A DNA stretch of 32,888 nt from a virus (taxonomy: Duplodnaviria; Caudoviricetes), in the IMG/VR virus record IMGVR_UViG_3300016476_000286, positions 1 through 32,888 of that record; one strand, written 5' to 3'. A program made the translations under genes and the position numbers. How positions within the stretch are numbered: the first letter of the stretch is position 1; every line of letters starts with the position of its first letter. Below are positions 25,278-32,888 of the stretch, in pieces. Under the pieces are notes generated by a model that ran no database searches, had not been told where the DNA came from, and was given only the letters and a program-made list of their open reading frames with translations.

Positions 25278-25946
25278 AAGGTAACTATACCAACCGAATT
25301 GAGTGAAATCACTTTGAAGCAATATCAAAAGTTTGTTAAGATTCTGAATGAAAACGAGGAATCAGAATTTTTGAGTTTAAAGATGATTGAAATTTTTTGT
25401 GGTGTTTCCTTGAAGGTAGCGAGTTCGATGCGTAAGAAGGATTTAGAGGAAGCTACAAGCATAATTGGCGGTTTATTTACAAAGATTCCGCCATTGATTA
25501 AAAAGTTTGAAATGGATGGCATTGAGTTCGGTTTTTGTCCAAATCTCGATGAGTTAAGCTGGGGGGAGTATGTTGATATTGACACCTATTCAACGACAAA
25601 GGATTGGCAAGATATGCACAAATGTTTAGCCGTGTTGTATCGACCAATCAAACGAAAAATGGGAGATAAATATCAGCTTGAACCATACGAATCAAGTTTG
25701 AAATATTCCGACCAGATGCTTAATATGCCTTTGGATGTTGCATTAAGTGCCATTGTTTTTTTTTATCGTTTAGGGAACGACTTATTAATATCTACGATGG
25801 ATTATTTAATGCAGAAGGTGGAGAACTCACAGAAACAGGGCAATTTGGAAAGCGATGGGGATGGTATTCAAGTATCTACGGACTTGCTCAAGGGGATGTT
25901 AGGCGATTTGATGAAGTTACAAAATTACCAATTCATCAATGCTTAA
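25275..25946 (+). CDS. Tail assembly chaperone-like protein (zero-frame product, 223 aa)
   Basis: Contains T9 slippery run at 25756-25764; first gene of tail block. Confidence 0.7.
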   Translation: MKVTIPTELSEITLKQYQKFVKILNENEESEFLSLKMIEIFCGVSLKVASSMRKKDLEEATSIIGGLFTKIPPLIKKFEMDGIEFGFCPNLDELSWGEYVDIDTYSTTKDWQDMHKCLAVLYRPIKRKMGDKYQLEPYESSLKYSDQMLNMPLDVALSAIVFFYRLGNDLLISTMDYLMQKVENSQKQGNLESDGDGIQVSTDLLKGMLGDLMKLQNYQFINA

Positions 25947-26005
25947 CTTACCTAATGTTTGAAAAGCAAAAGAACGAATTAGAAGCAAAATTGATAAATA
26001 AATGA
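25275..26005 (+). CDS. -1 frameshift product (~243 aa) ending ...KRWGWYSSIYGLAQGDVRRFDEVTKLPIHQCLTYLMFEKQKNELEAKLINK
   Basis: -1 frame open 25724-26005 with no early start; its TGA overlaps the next ATG. Confidence 0.7.
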
Positions 26006-26457
26006 CAGGATTTTATTATGTAATCAACGCAATAAGAAACCATTTGAAAAACAATGGGTTCATAAACACGGTTACGACAGGAGATATTTTTGAGGTAGAT
26101 TTAGCAAAGCAAACAATCTATCCGTATTGCCATATAATCGTAAATTCTGCCATTCCAAGAGAGCAAACAATTACCACAAATTTATCGGTAATATTTATGG
26201 ACATTGTAGACATTTCCAAATTGGAAAGTACTGATGTTTTTGATGGTAACGATAATTTGTTGGATGTGCTAAATACGCAATTAGATTTAGCAAATAAGCT
26301 AATTATGGATTTGAGAAGAGGGGATATGTTTGAGAATCTTTTGCAATTAGAAGGGGATGCAAATTGTGAGCCGTTTACTGATAGGTTTGAGAATAAGGTA
26401 GCTGGATGGACGGTTACTTTTGATTTAAACATTCCGAACACAATGACAATATGCTAA
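26002..26457 (+). CDS. Tail terminator/completion protein (putative)
   Basis: 151 aa; TVTTGDIFEVDLAKQTIYPYCHI, CEPFTDRFEN.VAGW. Confidence 0.6.
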   Translation: MTGFYYVINAIRNHLKNNGFINTVTTGDIFEVDLAKQTIYPYCHIIVNSAIPREQTITTNLSVIFMDIVDISKLESTDVFDGNDNLLDVLNTQLDLANKLIMDLRRGDMFENLLQLEGDANCEPFTDRFENKVAGWTVTFDLNIPNTMTIC

Positions 26458-26984
26458 AGAATACGGTTGAAGTTGCTGAAAAGTTTAAGAAGTACGTTTT
26501 ACAACAAGCTAAAAGTAATTTAACCAAAGGCAGAAGTAACGTATCTCGTAAGCTATACAATTCACTAAAAGCCGAAACGATTGTTGAAAATAATTACGCA
26601 ATCGTTGGGTTTAAAATGGAAGAGTATGGGCAATTTTTGGATGAAGGTGTAAAAGGTGCATTCCCAAGTTTAGTTAAAAACGGAAAGCAAAAAGCACCTA
26701 ATTCGAAATTTAAGTTTACAAATAAAATGCCACCTGTTGAGCCATTGATACAATGGGCAAAGGCAAGGAAGATTAGATTGAGAAACGAAGATGGCACATA
26801 TAAAAAAGGCAATTATCGTTCACTTGGGTTTATATTACAAAAGCGAATTTATGCACAAGGGATTAAGCCGACATTGTTTTTTACCAAGCCATTTGAAATG
26901 GCATTAAATAAATTTGTAAATCAAGAGATGCAAGATGGATTTGTTTCAGATATTGATGTAATAGTAGATTTGAATTTAAAATGA
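26451..26984 (+). CDS. Neck/tail completion protein (putative)
   Basis: Basic 177 aa; LYNSL, YGQFLDEGV, GIKPTLFFTKPF. Confidence 0.6.
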   Translation: MLKNTVEVAEKFKKYVLQQAKSNLTKGRSNVSRKLYNSLKAETIVENNYAIVGFKMEEYGQFLDEGVKGAFPSLVKNGKQKAPNSKFKFTNKMPPVEPLIQWAKARKIRLRNEDGTYKKGNYRSLGFILQKRIYAQGIKPTLFFTKPFEMALNKFVNQEMQDGFVSDIDVIVDLNLK

Positions 26985-28099
26985 GATTAATAAACGCAAG
27001 AACACCGTATTTTATTGAAGTAAGTGGTTCATCAACTACTTCGATTCAGCTATACATTTGGAACGGAACAACCGAGCCAGCATCTCCGACATATACGTTT
27101 ACAAAGCCATCGCCAAGCGTATCGCAGACAACAAGTAATTATAATGTAAGTCCGTATATTGAAGAATTTATTGAGAATATTTACCCAATCTATACTTCAA
27201 CACCTTCGGCAGAAAATACTTCATCATTTTGCCAATTTAAAGTAATTAAATTTTCGAATGGTGTAAATAGAACGTTAGCATTTAAAACAAGAGTGTTGGC
27301 TGATGGTGGCACGTTTGAATCTATTAATTGTGTAGGTACATTAATGGAAGATTTTATTATGGGTGTTGCGGTTGATGGTTATAATGACTACATGGGTGGA
27401 TATAATCAACAAAGAACAGGTTCGGTTATTCCATTAAATTCAAATTCAATTAGATACAACTATCAAGAGGGAACGGATAAGACTTATCTTAACGTTTTGA
27501 TTGAACACACAGGTCAAAATATTACTGCCGAATATGTGCATCAAAATACCATTTACACTTCAAATCTTGCTACTTCTGCGTTGGCTAATGGATATTACAA
27601 CATAAAAGTTCCATTTAAACTTTCTGGATTTACTTCCAATAACACATTAGCTATAAAACAAAACGGAACAACATTGTTTACCTATAATGTTTCTCCAATT
27701 TGTGAGCCAAAATATACTCCTGTTCTATGTTCATTTATAAATAGGTACGGTGGTTGGTCTTTCCTTACGTTCTACAAAGCAAAAAGTACTTCGTTGAATG
27801 TTTCATCTGAACAAGCAAAAACTTTGTCTGAATCGCCAGCCTACGTGCCACAACTTGGGCAAATTCAATCGTTCAATCTTAACGGAAGCAAATCGGTTGT
27901 TTTAAATACAGGCTTTATAGATGAAAGCTATAACGAAATGATTGAAGACCTAATGGTTTCAAAACGAGTGCTATTAGATAATGTTCCTGTTCAAGTAAAA
28001 ACAAATTCTACGGAATTAAAAACTAACTTGCGAGATAAGAATATTAATTATTCGATTGAGTTCGTTTATTCGTTTGATTTGATAAACAAGGCAATATGA
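26981..28099 (+). CDS. Tail-tip structural protein (distal-tail-like)
   Basis: Beta-rich; FINRYGGW, LNTGFIDE; precedes hub-like gene. Confidence 0.6.
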   Translation: MRLINARTPYFIEVSGSSTTSIQLYIWNGTTEPASPTYTFTKPSPSVSQTTSNYNVSPYIEEFIENIYPIYTSTPSAENTSSFCQFKVIKFSNGVNRTLAFKTRVLADGGTFESINCVGTLMEDFIMGVAVDGYNDYMGGYNQQRTGSVIPLNSNSIRYNYQEGTDKTYLNVLIEHTGQNITAEYVHQNTIYTSNLATSALANGYYNIKVPFKLSGFTSNNTLAIKQNGTTLFTYNVSPICEPKYTPVLCSFINRYGGWSFLTFYKAKSTSLNVSSEQAKTLSESPAYVPQLGQIQSFNLNGSKSVVLNTGFIDESYNEMIEDLMVSKRVLLDNVPVQVKTNSTELKTNLRDKNINYSIEFVYSFDLINKAI

Positions 28100-30654
28100 T
28101 AGAAGTTGGTTTATATATTTTCGATTCTGATGGAGTATCTCGAAGGATTGAACTTTACAAAGATGAAACTATTTCGGTAACTTCATCTGTTCAAAACGTA
28201 AATGATATTTCTAAAATCTTTACGGATTTTTCACAAAGTTTTACAATCCCAGCAACTGCATCTAATAATGCTATTTTTCAGCATTGGTACGAAAATAGTA
28301 TTGATGGGGGATTTGATGCAAGAACAAGGAAGAACGGATATATTGAATTAAATACGATTCGATTCAGAACAGGTAAAATACAACTTGAAAAGGCTACATT
28401 AAAGAATGGTCAAATATCTAATTACACCATTAGCTTTGTTGGCTCATTGGTTTCGTTAAAAGATTTATTTGCAGACAGGTATTTGCGTGATTTTGATTTC
28501 TCTGCGTTTGATTTTGTTTACAATGGTGCTAACGTAAAGAATGCTGTTACAGGAGGAGTTACAAATGACATTAAATGGCCGTTGATTTCATCCAATAATG
28601 TTTGGCAATGGGGAACAAATGGAGGTACAAGAGAAAATTGGGATATTAATAAAACATCGCATCCTGTTTATTATTACGATTTATTCCCAGCGATAAGAAT
28701 ATCGAAAATATTCGAAATATTCGAAACGCAAATGGGCATAGATTTTCAAGGTTCATTTTTAGCTTCTGATAGATTTAAACGAGCATTTTTATGGCTGAAA
28801 AATACGGATTCCTTCAAGGTCAAATCTACACCGAACTTATTAGCTTTCGATACGGTTACAAGTACGGTTGGAACGCAAGGTATCTTTAATCTTGCCGACA
28901 ACTATTTAGATTTTGTTAAGCCTACAAGTCCGAACAGGGTGGCTGAAAGTTATTTGTCTATTGCATTTGCAACGGCTGGAGTGGAGTACACGATATTTAC
29001 ATACTTGGATGGAATTAGCGTATCACAACAGACCTATACAAGTGCGACAACATCGACAAACATTCCAATTCCATTAACAGATTCTGGAAGGTATAGTTTT
29101 TACATTGCAAGTACTTCGGCATTGACATTGTCGGCAAACTTTACTTATTATTTTGAGGCAAGGGATGGAAGTAACAATATTTACCAAAATGTAACGGCTA
29201 CAAATACGGAAGGTCAAGCAGTTACAACGACTTTAGATGTTGGCTCATATATGCCTAATATTAAGGCACAAGATTTTTTTGCTGGCATTTTAAAAATGTT
29301 CAATTTGGTTTGTTATTCAGTTGAGGACAATATTTATAAATTAGAGCAGTTAGATGATTGGTACGATTCTGGTTCTATTATTCCAATCGATGAATATGTA
29401 TTGCTTGATGAAATAGGTATTGAAAGAGTAAAGCCATATAAAGCCGTAAATTTTAATTATCAGCCAAGCGAGAATTTATTAGCTACTGAATTTCTTTCGC
29501 GTTCATCAATACCATACGGAGATTTAAAATATGCTACGAATAATGATGGCGAGGAATTTACAATAGAATTACCATTTGAGAATTTATTGTTTAATAAAAT
29601 TGATACAAATGTTCAAGTATCATACTGCATTCGTGCTGATTATTCGACATACATTCCAAAGCCTGTTGTTTTATACGATTGGGGAACTATTGTAACGACA
29701 GGAGATTGGCATTTTAACGATGGTACATCTACTACCATTGAAAATTCAATGAACGTATTTGGGCAAGATACTTCAATTTCTGGCTCAAAATTTACCTTGA
29801 ATTGGAATGCAGAACAATCAACATTTACCGAACAGTTAGAGCAAAATTCTCTATTTAATACATATTACATTGAGTACATTTCTAACCTATTTACCGATAA
29901 GGCAAGGATAGTAAAAATTAAAGCAAAATTACCTTTGCGTTTATTGAATAGCTTAAAGCTAAACGACAGAGTTGTAATAAGAGATAAAAGATACTTGATT
30001 AATTCATTCAGCACTAATCTTACAACAGGGATGGCTGACTTTGAATTGATAAATGACTTTAGGATTCCAACAAATATCCCAGAGCCACAAGTTGCTTATA
30101 GCTTTAACGTAACAAATAGTAATAGCACTTCGAGTTCATCCGTTTGTGGTCTTACTTCTTATCCGTTAGTAATTTATGGCAATAATGCAGTATTTGAAAA
30201 TAACACGGTTTTCTATACAAATGCAACATTGACTGATGCAGTTCGATTTAATGGAGGCAACTATTATTTTAAAAATCCATTAGGCAAATGGGTAGTAATT
30301 GATGCGAGTGGAAATGTAACAAGCAATGGGGTTTGTTCTACACCACCACCACCTACATTGTATGCGTTTAGTGTAACAAATGCAAATAGTATTGCTTCTG
30401 CCGATGCTTGTCCTATTACTGATTTCAATTTAACGATTTATGGTTTACAACCTGTCTTTGTCAATAATATCACATTCTATTCAAATACATCTTTGACACC
30501 ATTTAACGGAGGAAATTACTACTATCATTGCAATGATGATACATTTGCGAAAATAGGTGTAGATGGGTCAAGATTAGAGTTCGGAACTTGTTCGTTTGTT
30601 CCTCCAGCTTCAATCCCTTACTATGTTCCACCAACAAATTCAATTTTAGGCTAA
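28096..30654 (+). CDS. Large tail-tip/hub protein with two C-terminal 88-aa repeats
   Basis: FSQSFTIPA..NNAIF, ILKMFNL, LNDRVVI...YLINS; Pro-linked tandem repeats. Confidence 0.7.
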   Translation: MIEVGLYIFDSDGVSRRIELYKDETISVTSSVQNVNDISKIFTDFSQSFTIPATASNNAIFQHWYENSIDGGFDARTRKNGYIELNTIRFRTGKIQLEKATLKNGQISNYTISFVGSLVSLKDLFADRYLRDFDFSAFDFVYNGANVKNAVTGGVTNDIKWPLISSNNVWQWGTNGGTRENWDINKTSHPVYYYDLFPAIRISKIFEIFETQMGIDFQGSFLASDRFKRAFLWLKNTDSFKVKSTPNLLAFDTVTSTVGTQGIFNLADNYLDFVKPTSPNRVAESYLSIAFATAGVEYTIFTYLDGISVSQQTYTSATTSTNIPIPLTDSGRYSFYIASTSALTLSANFTYYFEARDGSNNIYQNVTATNTEGQAVTTTLDVGSYMPNIKAQDFFAGILKMFNLVCYSVEDNIYKLEQLDDWYDSGSIIPIDEYVLLDEIGIERVKPYKAVNFNYQPSENLLATEFLSRSSIPYGDLKYATNNDGEEFTIELPFENLLFNKIDTNVQVSYCIRADYSTYIPKPVVLYDWGTIVTTGDWHFNDGTSTTIENSMNVFGQDTSISGSKFTLNWNAEQSTFTEQLEQNSLFNTYYIEYISNLFTDKARIVKIKAKLPLRLLNSLKLNDRVVIRDKRYLINSFSTNLTTGMADFELINDFRIPTNIPEPQVAYSFNVTNSNSTSSSSVCGLTSYPLVIYGNNAVFENNTVFYTNATLTDAVRFNGGNYYFKNPLGKWVVIDASGNVTSNGVCSTPPPPTLYAFSVTNANSIASADACPITDFNLTIYGLQPVFVNNITFYSNTSLTPFNGGNYYYHCNDDTFAKIGVDGSRLEFGTCSFVPPASIPYYVPPTNSILG

Positions 30655-30655
30655 T

Positions 30656-32888
30656 ATGGCATATTTATCAAAATCAGATGCAATAAATAAGTTGAGCAAC
30701 GGACTAATAGATAACGATTCATTTGCTATCTATACATCTGACAATAACTTTAATAATAACACGATATTTTATACTAATTCGGCAAAGACAATTTTATTGC
30801 CACAAGGGAACTATGTTATCCCTTCAAATTATCGTTCAATTTATATTCAGATTGGCTCAAATGGTAAATTTTCAGCCAATCCAGAATTTTTATTTGCAGC
30901 TACTCCAGATGTTTCATTTGTAGACCAATCGATTTTCAATTATCAAACAAAGACAAGGCAGTCAAGTTTTTCTATAACCAACTGTTCACTTTCAAACGAT
31001 GTTTTGACTGATTCAAATTGGTCGACACCATCTCCTTCGGGTAATCCAAAGCAATGGGTAGTAAACAATGGATTCAGAAATACTTCGGCTTTGACAAATA
31101 TAAATTTGTCGGAAATGAAAGGATTTGATTTAATGATTTATGTTGGTGGTAATACAAGTGGGTATTTTAACGATTTCTTTTCAACCTCTTGCTTTGTTCA
31201 TATTGCCCAAGACCTTAATAGGCAGACAATATTTGTAGAAGGGATTTACAATAAAACGTATTTTTTTAAGCAAGATTATTGGTTTGCAAAACAAAACATA
31301 AATTCGCCAACTTTTTACCGAAGGAATTTAAACATTTTGCCAATAACAAATCAAAGAGGTGCTACGAAGTTTAATGCACATATGAGCCAATATATCCACG
31401 ATATTGTGGCTATAAATAGAACTTCGTTAAGAACTTCAACGAGAAAGGCAAGAGGTGTAAATTTTGAGCAAGAGCAATTAGACCCAAAGCAATACAACAC
31501 AACTACCGCAACAAATTTTGGGTTTATTAATGCCGTTGGTTATCCAGATGCTAATTATGTAACACCAAAAGCCGAAAGTATTAATTTCGATGCACCAAAT
31601 GTAGTTGCTGATTTGTTTTTTACAATTTACGGCACTCCGTTTAATACGGCATCGACTACACACCAAGTTCAATTAACGGCAACTTTGCGTTCAATGTTTT
31701 TTCAAGACTTCACAGGTAGCTATACTTATGGAGAAATTACCGTACAATATTCACAAGCTAATCCTTTTCAATGGATTTGTGATTTAACTACAAATGGAGG
31801 TAATTACTTGGCAAAGGCATTTAGAACAAATTTGCAAACAAATGCAAAGATTTGGTTTTTTAACTTTGAATTATTTACGATTGTACAAGATGATGTAATT
31901 GCAAAAAAAGCAATTTTGGAATGCTTTAAAGTCGCTAAACTTGATTTAATTGCTAATAATCTTTTACCTATTGATGTTAAGATAATTTGGTATGCTGGGG
32001 CAAAGTCAATTTATTTTTCAGATGGTGGATTTGAAGACCAATTTGGAGGACAACCAACACCTGCCAATTATTTAAGTTCGCCATATTACAACGATTACCA
32101 CAATTACTACATAGGCAATCAAAACAAATCGGTTCTACAAAGACCATTTGACCAAGCCGTGTACGATTATTGCGAGTTATATCAAGGTATTGCCGTTTCG
32201 AATTACATTAATTCGTACAATACGACTACCTATTTCCATAAAATGGCACACCATTACGACATTAATAACAAATTGATTAAAGAAAGATTAGGCAATAATC
32301 ATCAAGTCAATTTGATGTTCTTAATGTTTGAATATTTTGAAACAGTTGCTGGTTCTAATTGGCTTACAGGAGTAAGAAAAGCTGCCAATGCAAGTGGACA
32401 ACCAGAAGGTGCAAAGCCTGATATTCCACCAGACATATTGCAATCGGTAGGTGCTTGGGCATTCGGTTTTGCCGATGGTAACTTATGGTGGAACTTTAAT
32501 GATTGGGTAATGGAGTTCTACGAGAATTACGCATATCCAACTGCTTATCCGCCAGAAAACTTTAGAAACAATTTTAGTGCAATGGATTGGTATTATTCAT
32601 CTATTGCACAAATGTACCAAAATAGAGATATTTTATCGGCTAATACTGAATGGCAATATGTTCCACAAAGTAAAGGAGGTGGTCAATTTACAAGTGGAAC
32701 GGAAAACTATCCATTTGTTGGATGGGTATTTCAGAGACCTTTGATTTGTGCAAAGTTTAATGTTGCTGGAACGGAAGCATTAGTTTTAGCAATAAATCCG
32801 TTCAATAATGGATATACAAAGACAACTACACAAGTTCAATTAGTTGCTGGTCAAACAATGAGTATTGATATGTTTGGAACGTACACTA
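30656..32888 (+). CDS. Tail-tip/receptor-binding protein (allele B), runs off the window end; ~752 aa when closed; absent from ORF track
   Basis: ATG 1 nt after upstream stop; open to the end (MAYLSKSDAINKLSNG...); continues as the 1-1515 frame. Confidence 0.88.
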   Translation, partial: MAYLSKSDAINKLSNGLIDNDSFAIYTSDNNFNNNTIFYTNSAKTILLPQGNYVIPSNYRSIYIQIGSNGKFSANPEFLFAATPDVSFVDQSIFNYQTKTRQSSFSITNCSLSNDVLTDSNWSTPSPSGNPKQWVVNNGFRNTSALTNINLSEMKGFDLMIYVGGNTSGYFNDFFSTSCFVHIAQDLNRQTIFVEGIYNKTYFFKQDYWFAKQNINSPTFYRRNLNILPITNQRGATKFNAHMSQYIHDIVAINRTSLRTSTRKARGVNFEQEQLDPKQYNTTTATNFGFINAVGYPDANYVTPKAESINFDAPNVVADLFFTIYGTPFNTASTTHQVQLTATLRSMFFQDFTGSYTYGEITVQYSQANPFQWICDLTTNGGNYLAKAFRTNLQTNAKIWFFNFELFTIVQDDVIAKKAILECFKVAKLDLIANNLLPIDVKIIWYAGAKSIYFSDGGFEDQFGGQPTPANYLSSPYYNDYHNYYIGNQNKSVLQRPFDQAVYDYCELYQGIAVSNYINSYNTTTYFHKMAHHYDINNKLIKERLGNNHQVNLMFLMFEYFETVAGSNWLTGVRKAANASGQPEGAKPDIPPDILQSVGAWAFGFADGNLWWNFNDWVMEFYENYAYPTAYPPENFRNNFSAMDWYYSSIAQMYQNRDILSANTEWQYVPQSKGGGQFTSGTENYPFVGWVFQRPLICAKFNVAGTEALVLAINPFNNGYTKTTTQVQLVAGQTMSIDMFGTYT
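31400..32888 (+). repeat. Terminal direct repeat, copy B
   Basis: Colinear with 1-1489. Confidence 0.97.

Noticed and set aside
79-31672. All minus-strand ORFs in the track, plus nested + ORFs such as 1070-1345, 15557-15739 and 30723-30923
   Set aside because: They lie in the shadow of well-supported + strand genes and have no recognisable motifs.
1-32888. Integrase, CI-type repressor, tRNA genes, introns/inteins, stop-codon recoding
   Set aside because: None recognised by eye; standard-code ORFs tile the genome densely and core genes are uninterrupted.

Overview
The window appears to be one complete, circularly permuted genome (unit length 31,399 bp) of a small AT-rich tailed phage, probably a siphovirus of a Bacteroidota host (TAnnTTTG promoters, A-rich translation starts with no obvious Shine-Dalgarno). 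Essentially all credible genes are on the + strand. Bases 1-1489 repeat 31400-32888 without indels but at only ~92% identity (about 125 substitutions by hand count, mostly synonymous), giving two alleles of the C-terminal two-thirds of a ~752-aa tail-tip protein. Gene order: tape measure, prohead protease, scaffold, major capsid, tail tube, portal (with MuF-like extension), head-tail adaptor, lectin-like fibre, lysis cassette, metallophosphoesterase, HNH-AP2 endonuclease, an early region (ERF recombinase, SSB-like, DUF4373-type initiator with internal iterons, VRR-NUC), ECF-like sigma factor, two HNH proteins, ParB-MTase, terminase and tail genes. No integrase, classical repressor, polymerase, tRNA or CRISPR was seen. 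The most interesting signals are non-coding: (1) a candidate ~83-nt promoter-to-terminator small RNA antisense to the start regions of the first four early genes; (2) two 5' leaders of unrelated sequence but identical two-hairpin kissing-loop architecture before the HNH endonuclease and the replication initiator; (3) a fixed-spacing leaderless late-promoter motif heading three structural gene blocks; (4) a probable -1 frameshift with a long dual-coding stretch. All product calls come from motif recognition by eye, not database searches.
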